DNA of 64,000 nucleotides. It comes from an archaeon (lineage in GTDB: Archaea; Nanobdellota; Nanobdellia; Pacearchaeales; GW2011-AR1). The position numbers and the translations under genes were made by a program. The DNA lies in the NCBI GenBank assembly GCA_043797265.1, contig JAZDPV010000012.1:32001-96000 (forward strand), in the 5' to 3' direction. The first letter of the stretch is position 1. Every line of letters begins with the position of its first letter. The notes beneath the pieces are model-generated. The model worked only from the letters and a program-made list of their open reading frames with translations. It searched no databases and was not told the origin of the DNA. Shown here one piece after another: positions 9,758-19,015 of the stretch.

Positions 9758-9994
9758 ATGAATGAAACATATCAAAAAATATTAACCTGCGTAGAATTAT
9801 TTGAGAGAGATAATAAAGTAACTCCCAACAGAATATATCTAACTCAGTCAACAAAAGAAGCACTCATCGAAACAGGAAAATTAAATCAGCTCGAAAAAGA
9901 AATCGAAATAATTGAAATAGCAAAATTATTAAATCTCCCAAAAAAAAATAAAAGCCCAACGAGAAGGAATGATTTACCCAATAACTCTCGTTAG
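9758..9994 (+). CDS. Hypothetical protein, AT-rich
   Basis: 78-aa ATG ORF directly following 9069-9737. Confidence 0.4.
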   Translation: MNETYQKILTCVELFERDNKVTPNRIYLTQSTKEALIETGKLNQLEKEIEIIEIAKLLNLPKKNKSPTRRNDLPNNSR

Positions 9995-10066
9995 AAAAAA
10001 AAGATTTAGAAGAAATAAAACAACAACCTACGATATTTTCTACGAATTATCAACACTCGCCCAAAC

Positions 10067-10333
10067 CTAATCCCACTCCGCGTGCCCAAACTGAATAACC
10101 AAATCGTCGTCGCTATTCGGCAAATCACACGCCCCAAAACAACTACCAAACCAAATCCTAATATCAGCGTCACACCTCTCGCGCAAATAATCAACAATCA
10201 CAACCGCCCACGGCTTCAACCCATCCGGCAACTGCAACAAAACACTTTTCGCTCCACTTTTTTTAATCTCGCCAACGACCCGCTCCAACTCCAAATCATA
10301 TTTCTTCTCCAAATTCGCCATCGTGTAATCCAT
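10067..10333 (-). CDS. Diphthamide synthesis Dph2, N-terminal domain only (88 aa)
   Basis: VLLQLPDGLK, GSCFGACDL, IQFGH. Confidence 0.8.
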   Translation of the reverse strand: MDYTMANLEKKYDLELERVVGEIKKSGAKSVLLQLPDGLKPWAVVIVDYLRERCDADIRIWFGSCFGACDLPNSDDDLVIQFGHAEWD

Positions 10334-10372
10334 AAAAAATTAATAACTTAATCTTTAAAAATATACCCAAAT

Positions 10373-10678
10373 TCAATCATCTCCCAAAATTTCTTCTCCA
10401 TTTCCAACGCGTCTATACCTCACTTCTAAAGTAGCAGGAAACTTTGTATCCCCAATATCAGAAACATGAGAATAAACATCCCCCCAAGATGACCTAAATA
10501 TTTTTGGCCTCGCGAAAATCACAACAACATCCATCCCGGTCATCCGTTTATAATAAGAATCACATGGACCAACAAGCTTCCCACCGGGCAAATAAAAAGA
10601 CAAACATAATTTCTCAGGACCGCCTAAAAACCCAGCCGAACCAGTCACAACAGCATCCGCACTCCTCCCTGTCACCAT
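10373..10678 (-). CDS. Hypothetical protein
   Basis: 101-aa ATG ORF divergent from aIF5B. Confidence 0.45.
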   Translation of the reverse strand: MVTGRSADAVVTGSAGFLGGPEKLCLSFYLPGGKLVGPCDSYYKRMTGMDVVVIFARPKIFRSSWGDVYSHVSDIGDTKFPATLEVRYRRVGNGEEILGDD

Positions 10679-10728
10679 GCCAAATACCCAACATCAACCT
10701 TTAAAAATAAATCTATACTCAAACATAC

Positions 10729-12462
10729 ATGACAAACATACGCCAACCAATTGTGACAGTAGCCGGCCACGTCGACCACGGAAAAACATCCATCCTCGAC
10801 AAAATTAGGGGGACCTCTATCCAGGAAACCGAAGCCGGCGGAATCACCCAGAAAATTTCCTTCACGACTCTCCCGCAAGAAAACATCCGCGAACGCGCCG
10901 GAGCAATCCTCGAAAAATTCAAAATCCCGCTCGAAATCCCCGGCCTGCTTTTCATCGACACACCCGGCCACGCCGCATTCACAAACCTCCGAAAACGTGG
11001 CGGCTCCCTCGCTGACATCGCAATCCTCGTCATCGACATCAACGACGGAATAAAACCCCAAACCGCCGAAGTCATCCAAATTCTAAAACTAAACAAAACC
11101 CCGTTCATGATCGCCCTAAACAAAATCGACAACATCTCCGGTTGGCAAAAATCCGAATCTCTGCTCTCCGCCGAATCAATAGAAAAACAAGCAACAAACG
11201 TGAAACAAAACTTCGAAGAAAAACTCTACACAATTATCGGCGCCCTCCACTCTCACGGACTAAACGCAGAAATATATTACAAAATAACAAACTTCGCGCA
11301 AAAAATCGCAATCGTCCCATGCTCCGCTAAAACAGGAGAAGGAATCCCGGAAATCCTCGCGATACTAACCGCCCTGTCCCAAAAATTCCTGAAAGAAAGA
11401 ATCAAAAACAAAGAACGGGGAAAAGGCGTAATCCTCGAAGTCAAAAAAAACGAATCAGCAAATTTCCTCGAATGCATCCTCTACGACGGCAAACTAAAAA
11501 ACACTGACGAAATCGCAATCGCGTCAATGGACGGCACCCCGATAATAACAAAAATCCGAAACATCCAGGAAGCCAAACCGCTAAACAAAGGATTCGAAAC
11601 CAAAAAAGAAGTCGAAGCAGCGACGGGAATAAAATTGCAAATAACATCCAAAGAAGAAATCCTCCCCGGAATGCCCTTCCAAATAATAAACAACAACCTC
11701 GAAGAAATAACAAGAGAATTCAAAAAAGAAATCTCCCAGGAAATAAAAACCAGCAAAACCGGAATCATAGTCAAAGCCGACTCGCTCGGCTCTCTCGAGG
11801 CACTGCTCACACTCCTCAGACAAAAACAAATAAAAGTCATAAGAGCCGGAATCGGCCCGATAACAAAAAAAGACATCTACGCGGCAAACACGCTCCCGGA
11901 AGAAAACAAAATAATTTTAGGATTCAACATCAACCTAGCCAAAGACTCCCAAATACACGAAACAAAAAAAATCAAAATCCTCACAAATCCCGTCGTCTAC
12001 AAGCTAATCGAAAACATAGAAGAATTCAAAAAAGAAAAAGAAAAAGAAATCGAACGAAAAAAATTGGAAGAACTCCCGACAATCTGCAAAATAACCACGC
12101 TCAATTTCGTCTTCAGAAATTCCAACCCTGCAGTATTCGGAATCCACGTATCCGGCGGCAAACTAAAAAAAAGCGAACGATTCATAAATAAAGACGACAT
12201 AAAAATCGGACAAATAAAAGAAATCCAGGAAGACAAAAATAACATCCAGGAAGCGACAAAAGGAAAAGAAGTCGCAATATCAATCCCCGGACTAAACTTC
12301 GAACGTCAGCTAAAAACCAACGAACCCCTCTACACAAACCTCTCCGAAACCCAATTCCGAAAATTCAAACAACACAAAGACCTTTTATCGTCGGAAGAAA
12401 AATCAATCCTCCAAGAAATCGCCCAAATCAAACGAAGAAAAAACCCAACTTGGGGAATCTAA
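10729..12462 (+). CDS. infB: Translation initiation factor aIF5B (IF-2)
   Basis: RQPIVTVAGHVDHGKT, EAGGITQ, IDTPGHAAF, NKID, KADSLGSLEAL. Confidence 0.97.
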   Translation: MTNIRQPIVTVAGHVDHGKTSILDKIRGTSIQETEAGGITQKISFTTLPQENIRERAGAILEKFKIPLEIPGLLFIDTPGHAAFTNLRKRGGSLADIAILVIDINDGIKPQTAEVIQILKLNKTPFMIALNKIDNISGWQKSESLLSAESIEKQATNVKQNFEEKLYTIIGALHSHGLNAEIYYKITNFAQKIAIVPCSAKTGEGIPEILAILTALSQKFLKERIKNKERGKGVILEVKKNESANFLECILYDGKLKNTDEIAIASMDGTPIITKIRNIQEAKPLNKGFETKKEVEAATGIKLQITSKEEILPGMPFQIINNNLEEITREFKKEISQEIKTSKTGIIVKADSLGSLEALLTLLRQKQIKVIRAGIGPITKKDIYAANTLPEENKIILGFNINLAKDSQIHETKKIKILTNPVVYKLIENIEEFKKEKEKEIERKKLEELPTICKITTLNFVFRNSNPAVFGIHVSGGKLKKSERFINKDDIKIGQIKEIQEDKNNIQEATKGKEVAISIPGLNFERQLKTNEPLYTNLSETQFRKFKQHKDLLSSEEKSILQEIAQIKRRKNPTWGI

Positions 12463-12496
12463 CAACCTTTAAAAACCCAAATCCTCATCTCTAAAT

Positions 12497-12925
12497 ATGT
12501 TCAAAATAAATGTATCGCACAACGGCAAAACATTCAAAGTCGAGACTGAAAACGAAAACCTCCTCGGCAAATCTATCGGCGACAAAATCGACGGCAAAGA
12601 AATCTCAGAAAACCTAAAAGATTACGAAATCGAAATCACCGGAACATCAGACAAGGCAGGATTCGCAGGAGCAAAAACCATCAACGGCCCAAACCTAAAA
12701 AAAGTTCTTCTCGGCTACGGCCACGGCATGCACAAAAAACCGAAAGGACTAAAAAAAATCAACAAAAAACCAAAAGGACTAAAATTAAGAAAAACGATTC
12801 GTGGAAAAGAAATCTCCCTCGACACAGTTCAAATCAATTCCAAAGTCACAAAAGAAGGCGCAAAAAAATTCGACTCACTCTTCGAAAAACCCGAAGCTCA
12901 TCAAGAAGCAACCGAAAAAAAATAA
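12497..12925 (+). CDS. rps6e: 30S ribosomal protein S6e
   Basis: FKINVS...EITGTSDKAGF...GLKLRKTIRG...QIN; lies between aIF5B and aIF2-gamma. Confidence 0.9.
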   Translation: MFKINVSHNGKTFKVETENENLLGKSIGDKIDGKEISENLKDYEIEITGTSDKAGFAGAKTINGPNLKKVLLGYGHGMHKKPKGLKKINKKPKGLKLRKTIRGKEISLDTVQINSKVTKEGAKKFDSLFEKPEAHQEATEKK

Positions 12926-13064
12926 ACGAAACTTCCACGTTTCGACCAAGATAGTTTTTCTTTGTTTAGAGAAATTTCTTTTTTAGATCAGCAGATCACC
13001 TACTGGGCTAAAAAGAAAGAACTCGCAGAGCAACCCTTAAAAACTCATTCTACCTGATTAACCT

Positions 13065-13709
13065 ATGGCGGTGATAGCAGACATAACAAATTTCCTAAAC
13101 GACATGACAACCGTCTTCTCGAGCCGGACAAATCTTCTCTTCATCCTCGCCTTTTTCACGACGGTAATCGTCATCTACTCCGTCTTCGTTTTCAACTTCT
13201 ACCGCTTCCTCGCCAAAAAAAACATCATCGAACTAAATCTCAACCAATACAACCAATACTCAAACCCCGCCGCCGTCAAATTTTTCGCAGTCATCTTCTT
13301 CACAATCGAATACCTAATCCTCCTCCCAATTCTCACATTTTTCTGGTTCACAATCCTCTCAATCCTAACTCTAATCCTGGCCAAAGAACTCGAAATAAAC
13401 ACCGTCCTCCTAATCTCCGCCGCGCTCGTCGCATCAGTCCGAGCAACAGCATACGTCAATGAAGACCTCGCAAAAGACCTCGCAAAAATGCTTCCATTCA
13501 CTCTCCTCGCAATCGCGATAACAACCGCCGGCTTCTTCAACATCGGCAACCTTGTCTCGCGAATATCAGAAATCCCGTCCCTGTTCTCGAACATCCCATA
13601 CTATCTCCTCTTTATCGTGGCCGTAGAACTCATCATGCGAACGGGCGAATTCGTAGAAAACGCCGTGGAATCCTCAAAATCAACCGAAGAAGAAAACGAA
13701 ACTGAATAA
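13065..13709 (+). CDS. Hypothetical membrane protein
   Basis: Multiple TM segments; EDLAKDLAKMLPF. Confidence 0.7.
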   Translation: MAVIADITNFLNDMTTVFSSRTNLLFILAFFTTVIVIYSVFVFNFYRFLAKKNIIELNLNQYNQYSNPAAVKFFAVIFFTIEYLILLPILTFFWFTILSILTLILAKELEINTVLLISAALVASVRATAYVNEDLAKDLAKMLPFTLLAIAITTAGFFNIGNLVSRISEIPSLFSNIPYYLLFIVAVELIMRTGEFVENAVESSKSTEEENETE

Positions 13710-13739
13710 ACTTTTAAACCCCCTCCTCTACAATTCTCA

Positions 13740-14948
13740 ATGGAAGACATCTCAAAAATAGACACAATAAACGTCGGCATAGTCGGCCACATCGACCACG
13801 GCAAAACAACACTCCTCCAAAAACTCTCGGGCAAATGGGCCGACACCCACTCCGAAGAACTCAAACGCGGAATCACAATCAAGCTCGGATACGCCGACGC
13901 AATAATCAAAAAAGACGACGGCAAACTAACGACAAACAAAAACTCAAAAGGAAAACCAATCCGATACATAACATTCGTCGACGCTCCCGGACACGAAATG
14001 CTAATGGCGACAATGCTCTCCGGCGCAGCAATCATGGACGCAGCAATCCTCGTCATCGCAGCGAACGAAGGAATCAAGCCCCAAACACAAGAACACCTCA
14101 TCGCGCTCAAAGCAAAAAAAATCAAAAACATAATCATCGCCCAAAACAAAATCGACCTCATCTCAAAAAAAGAAGCCCTCGAAAATTACAAGACAATCAA
14201 GGAATTCACAAAAGGAACGATCGCAGAAAACGCACCAATAATCCCAATCTCCGCAATACAAGAAATCAATCTCGACAAAATCCTCGACGAACTATGCAAA
14301 ATAAAAATCGAAAAACCAAACACAAATGAAAAACCAATCTTCCTCATCGCTCGAAGCTTCGACATAAACCGACCCGGAACAAAAATAGAAAACCTTCACG
14401 GCGGAATCCTCGGCGGCGCGCTGAAACAAGGAACCCTAAAAATCGGCGACACCCTCGAAATCAAACCCGGTTACTCCTACAAAATCCACAACCAATTCCA
14501 ATACAAAACCATCCAATCAAAAATAATCTCAATGCAAAAAGGCGAACACCAAATAACAAAAGCAACTCCCGGCGGAAGCCTCGCAATCGAAACCGAACTC
14601 GACCCAGCCCTGACAAAAGCCGACTCCATCTCCGGAAGCGTCGCGTCAACAAAAGGAACCCTCCCCGAAATCACGGACAACATCACAATAAAATTCACGC
14701 TCTTCAAAGAAATCTTCGGTACCGGAAAACACGAACCGGTCCAGCCGCTAAAATTCAACGAAATGCTAATGCTAAGTCTCAACACCTCAACCACCGTCGG
14801 ACAAATCACAAAAATAACCAACGAACAACAAACGAATATGACCCTCTCTCTCAAAATCCCAGTCGTCCCACTCAAGGGCGAATCAATCGGCATCGCGCGA
14901 AACATAAACAACCACTGGCGACTAATCGGCTTCGGCGAAATAATATAA
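13740..14948 (+). CDS. eif2g: Translation initiation factor aIF2 gamma subunit
   Basis: GHIDHGKTT, EELKRGITIKLGYA, DAPGHE, QNKID, RSFDINRPG, WRLIGFG. Confidence 0.96.
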   Translation: MEDISKIDTINVGIVGHIDHGKTTLLQKLSGKWADTHSEELKRGITIKLGYADAIIKKDDGKLTTNKNSKGKPIRYITFVDAPGHEMLMATMLSGAAIMDAAILVIAANEGIKPQTQEHLIALKAKKIKNIIIAQNKIDLISKKEALENYKTIKEFTKGTIAENAPIIPISAIQEINLDKILDELCKIKIEKPNTNEKPIFLIARSFDINRPGTKIENLHGGILGGALKQGTLKIGDTLEIKPGYSYKIHNQFQYKTIQSKIISMQKGEHQITKATPGGSLAIETELDPALTKADSISGSVASTKGTLPEITDNITIKFTLFKEIFGTGKHEPVQPLKFNEMLMLSLNTSTTVGQITKITNEQQTNMTLSLKIPVVPLKGESIGIARNINNHWRLIGFGEII

Positions 14949-15004
14949 ACAATCACCCCGCTCCTTCCAAATAAATTTATTAAGCCAAAAGTTTTATATA
15001 TCTT

Positions 15005-15235
15005 ATGCAACTATCGAATTCAGAACATTGGTCCAAAAAACGAAAATACAGAAAAGATATAACTAACGATATAATCGAATATGCTATAAACAACTCAAAC
15101 GAACTCAAAGATAAATTTTGGGAAGATGCTCTAAACGCAATTTGCAGGATTCCACCCTCGGGAAGAATCTTAAAAGTTGTATACAAGAAAGAAAAATCAA
15201 ACAATAAAATAATAACCGCCTTTTGGCTTGATTAA
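15005..15235 (+). CDS. Putative toxin (BrnT/DUF4258-like small RNase fold)
   Basis: 76 aa, GRILKVVYK...KIITAF C-terminus; upstream of a DUF2283-like gene. Confidence 0.6.
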   Translation: MQLSNSEHWSKKRKYRKDITNDIIEYAINNSNELKDKFWEDALNAICRIPPSGRILKVVYKKEKSNNKIITAFWLD

Positions 15236-15236
15236 A

Positions 15237-15431
15237 ATGGAAGAATGGTATGATAAAGAAGAAGACATCATGAACATCGAACTAACCAGCGGAGACTATT
15301 GGAAAAGTATAGAACTCCCAAATGGAATAGTAATAGATATAGACAAAAACGGAAAAATCAAAAGCATAGAAATTCTCAAAGCCAGTAAAATATTCTCCGG
15401 AGACGTCAAAAAAGTAATAGGACTGGCTTAA
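15237..15431 (+). CDS. DUF2283-like putative antitoxin
   Basis: YDKEEDIMNI...IVIDIDKNGKIKSIEILKAS. Confidence 0.75.
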   Translation: MEEWYDKEEDIMNIELTSGDYWKSIELPNGIVIDIDKNGKIKSIEILKASKIFSGDVKKVIGLA

Positions 15432-15436
15432 ATTTC

Positions 15437-15461
15437 AATCGGCTTCGGCGAAATTATTTAA
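15437..15461 (+). pseudogene. Relic duplicate of aIF2-gamma 3' end (IGFGEII*)
   Basis: aatcggcttcggcgaaattatttaa vs aatcggcttcggcgaaataatataa at 14924-14948. Confidence 0.85.
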
Positions 15462-15509
15462 TACAAGCTCAAAAACAAATTATATAAACTCAATTCTCTT
15501 ACCTTATTT

Positions 15510-16100
15510 ATGCAAAAAGAGAAAATCCACAAACCTGAATACAAATATCTCGGCAAAGAATCCCTGAGCGAAATCATCGGCAAAATATTCCCAAAAAAAC
15601 TAATCCCAACAACAAGAATGAGCGCCATCTTCGGGGGAATATTCGTCCTCGCACTCATCCTCGCCATATTTAACTTCCCGCTAAGTTCCTTAATCGCCGG
15701 CGACACAAATATAACAATCGGCATCGGATACCCCTACCCCTTCCTCGACCTCGGCCCGACGAGCATAGACAAATCCCCGCTAAAACCCTTCGGCCTCGCA
15801 GTCGACATGATTCTCTACCTAATCATCGCCTACGCCATCGACGTGCTCCTGAACTTCCTGATACAAAACCCATTCAATAAAAAAGAATCCGAAAAATACC
15901 CCGAAACTTTCAAGGACCAAGCCCCAAGAAGCATCTCCGAAACAATCACAAAACAAATATTTAAAGAACCATTAGAAAATACAAAATCACAAACCGCAAA
16001 AAAACCCGTCGAGAAATCACCCGCAAAAACAATCAAAACTACAAACCCTCGAGAACGTAATCAGCCGAGTTCCCCGCCAAGTCCCTCACGACAATTTTAA
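15510..16100 (+). CDS. Hypothetical membrane protein
   Basis: Two TM segments flanking IGIGYPYPF; host-like codon usage. Confidence 0.65.
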   Translation: MQKEKIHKPEYKYLGKESLSEIIGKIFPKKLIPTTRMSAIFGGIFVLALILAIFNFPLSSLIAGDTNITIGIGYPYPFLDLGPTSIDKSPLKPFGLAVDMILYLIIAYAIDVLLNFLIQNPFNKKESEKYPETFKDQAPRSISETITKQIFKEPLENTKSQTAKKPVEKSPAKTIKTTNPRERNQPSSPPSPSRQF

Positions 16101-18678
16101 CGTCATCATAACCACCCGCAATTCTAAACCGCCCCTTACAAACACCATTCTTCAAACCGCCACACAATCGACTCTCCCTCGACCGCCCCCGATAATCATA
16201 ACTCACAACAACCTCGTCAAAATTTTTCTCCGTCACCGAAATATCAAAATCAATATACCTCGCATACCACCGACCCGCCTCCTTCCAAAACGAACCAGGA
16301 TTATTCACCACCGGCGCAGTCCTGTCAACAACAACCTCACTCTTCACAGACTCGACACCATTCCCCGCAACATCCTCGACGACAAACCAATATTCAACCA
16401 AACCATCCGGCAAATCAACCGAAACATCACACTCCCAATTCCTCCCGACCTCAACGCAACCCTCAACCTCCTCGACAAATCCATCATAATTCAAAAAAAC
16501 TCCCGACGGATTAACCTCCCTAAACCTGACACTAAAATCCCCGTCAGAAAAACCACCGCTCGGCTCGACCTTAAGAATCACGGGCTTTATCGAATCAACA
16601 AAAAAATTCAAACTATGCTCCTCTTTCTCAACCGAATCCGAGCACCTCACAAAAACATCATGCTCCCCCTCGGAAAAAAATCTGCTGCCAAAATACCCGT
16701 CGCAATTCCGGCACAACCTCACCCACCTCGGACTCGACGCCGAATAATCAATATACTCTATCAATCCCAAACTCTTGCTCCCAACAACTTCAAAAGGAAT
16801 ATTCCTCGCAGAAAAAACATCATCATCCGTCGGAGAACTAACAACACATAAACCACCACCAGCACAAACATCCCCTGCATCATCACAACCAAACCTGCAT
16901 TCCTCACAATTATCAACATTTTTACTATCACAATAAGACTCATCCGTCCCGCCATTCACACAAAAATGACTCACATTAGATTCACAAAACGTCCCTTCCT
17001 TACAAGACCTCGTCGACAAACTCTCGCCGCAATCACCATCGTCAAAACACTCAATCGGATTAACCCAAATCGGATTCGTATAAAATCTCCTCTTCCCATC
17101 CTTGCTCACGCAATCAAAACGATAATACTTCTTCCCGGCGTCAATCTCCAAACCAACCTCTGAAAAAGTACCAGTACTATTATAATAATAACCAGGATTA
17201 TCAAGCATATCCGAATAAACCCTGCGCTCAACTCCCGCATCAATAATTCCCTCATAAAAAGAAAAATTACAATACCCGTGAATAAAAACATTCGCTACCA
17301 TCTCCACCTCCCCGCCCTCAAGAATATTAATCTCCTCGCCAAACCCCGCGACATCCCCATGCAAATTATCAAATTTAATAATAAGAAAATCACCATTACT
17401 CACATAACAATTCCCATTCTTCAACGCCTCAAAAATACTCTCCTTAAACTCACTATCCCCGACGGTATACGGCGAATAACAACAAGTATACTCCTTCCCA
17501 AAATTCTGAAAATCCCCATGCGCATCCGACCCCGCCGAAATAAAAACCTTCCGCCCATCCAAAAGAACATCCTTCCACTTCTCAATCCCCTCCTTTAAAT
17601 CTACAACAACCTGTTCATCCTTAATGTCCCCATTCCAAATCTGCAAACCAGAAAACGGCAAAGAATAATCATGCCAAGTATCAACAGTTTCTAAACCTAA
17701 AATTATATCTATATTTGACTCCGGATGTGCAGCATAACTAAATCCACCCTGACCATTAACATTATTAATCACTTCCTCACAAGAAGGATTTTTCGACGAA
17801 AGCACATCAACAAAATTATCCTCGATATAATCCGAATAATCATAAGCCAGCAAATGATTCCCCCCTCCAACTAAATTATAATCACAATTAACTTCCGTGC
17901 CAACCAAACACTTGTCATAACTACTACAATCATTCTTAAAATCACCCCAACTTAAACCAATATCATCATCTTTATGTTCACTAAACGAATTCGAATGGTC
18001 AGTAACCGTCACCCAATCCAAACCCAAAACATCCAACACCGAAACAGTCGCACTAATCGGAGCACCAAACTCCCCCGCCGAAGAAGATAAAAATTTTGTA
18101 TCTGTATAACTACTATGATAATGACTATCCCCACAATACCAATTAGGAATTTTTGGCAAATCTGAATCAATCTGAACAACCAAAGGATAAAACTCATTAT
18201 CCGGCTCAGCATCACCGTCGGGAAACCCAACCCCCTTATACTTAGCAGTAATTTTAATACTATTATTACCATCCTTCTTAAATAAATCAGGATTAAGATA
18301 TTCAACATCATACCAAACACGAGTATTAATCGTGCAATAAGAACCCGAATCTATAGACAATCCTAAATCCGTACAAGAAAAACTTTTAACTAACCTACTC
18401 TTATTATTCCCATCATAAATTTCAACAGCATAAAAAGAATATTCCCAATAATCACTTCCATACGCATCCCTTACCTCAAACAAAACGGGAACAAGTTCGC
18501 CAGACTCGATTCTATGGGGCACGTCGACGATAAATTCTCTCTGAGCAGTCTCTTCGACATAAAGTGGTCTGATTACGCCGGAATCATTCTCCTCGATCAT
18601 ATCCTTATCTACATAAGCCGACACCATAGAAAATAAAACTAAAAATAATAAAATAACTACAAAAAATTGCTTCCTCAT
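16039..18678 (-). CDS. Secreted PHP-family (CehA/McbA-like) metallohydrolase with Cys-rich and Ig-like C-terminal domains
   Basis: Signal peptide MRKQFFVV..; GDSHYHS, VTDHS, AAHP, GSDAHG; DVAGN/DLAGN Ig-like motifs. Confidence 0.75.
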   Translation of the reverse strand: MRKQFFVVILLFLVLFSMVSAYVDKDMIEENDSGVIRPLYVEETAQREFIVDVPHRIESGELVPVLFEVRDAYGSDYWEYSFYAVEIYDGNNKSRLVKSFSCTDLGLSIDSGSYCTINTRVWYDVEYLNPDLFKKDGNNSIKITAKYKGVGFPDGDAEPDNEFYPLVVQIDSDLPKIPNWYCGDSHYHSSYTDTKFLSSSAGEFGAPISATVSVLDVLGLDWVTVTDHSNSFSEHKDDDIGLSWGDFKNDCSSYDKCLVGTEVNCDYNLVGGGNHLLAYDYSDYIEDNFVDVLSSKNPSCEEVINNVNGQGGFSYAAHPESNIDIILGLETVDTWHDYSLPFSGLQIWNGDIKDEQVVVDLKEGIEKWKDVLLDGRKVFISAGSDAHGDFQNFGKEYTCCYSPYTVGDSEFKESIFEALKNGNCYVSNGDFLIIKFDNLHGDVAGFGEEINILEGGEVEMVANVFIHGYCNFSFYEGIIDAGVERRVYSDMLDNPGYYYNSTGTFSEVGLEIDAGKKYYRFDCVSKDGKRRFYTNPIWVNPIECFDDGDCGESLSTRSCKEGTFCESNVSHFCVNGGTDESYCDSKNVDNCEECRFGCDDAGDVCAGGGLCVVSSPTDDDVFSARNIPFEVVGSKSLGLIEYIDYSASSPRWVRLCRNCDGYFGSRFFSEGEHDVFVRCSDSVEKEEHSLNFFVDSIKPVILKVEPSGGFSDGDFSVRFREVNPSGVFLNYDGFVEEVEGCVEVGRNWECDVSVDLPDGLVEYWFVVEDVAGNGVESVKSEVVVDRTAPVVNNPGSFWKEAGRWYARYIDFDISVTEKNFDEVVVSYDYRGRSRESRLCGGLKNGVCKGRFRIAGGYDDVKIVVRDLAGNSADYVLEGL

Positions 18679-18959
18679 AATTTTTTCTCGCAATATTTTC
18701 CTACAAAAATTCCTACAAAAACAAAAATTAAAATTAATAACAAAGAATAAACAAAAAATCCTATTATCCCAGTATTTCCAAAAAAAGGCAGACAGCCTAA
18801 GAAAAAAATAGGATAAAAAATAAAAGCTACCCAAGAATCTATTTTAAATGGACAACTATATCCAACAAATCCTAATGCAATAGAATAATAAATTCCTATA
18901 AGAACATAAATCCCTCCAACTCCCCCCCCAATCAAACCACCTTTCCAAGCCCTCTCCAT
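18675..18959 (-). CDS. Small membrane protein
   Basis: WKGGLIGGGVG, three hydrophobic segments. Confidence 0.55.
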   Translation of the reverse strand: MERAWKGGLIGGGVGGIYVLIGIYYSIALGFVGYSCPFKIDSWVAFIFYPIFFLGCLPFFGNTGIIGFFVYSLLLILIFVFVGIFVGKYCEKKL

Positions 18960-19015
18960 CCAACCTAAACAAAACCAAACTATTTAAAATCTCCTAAAAA
19001 TTATTCTCCAAATAT

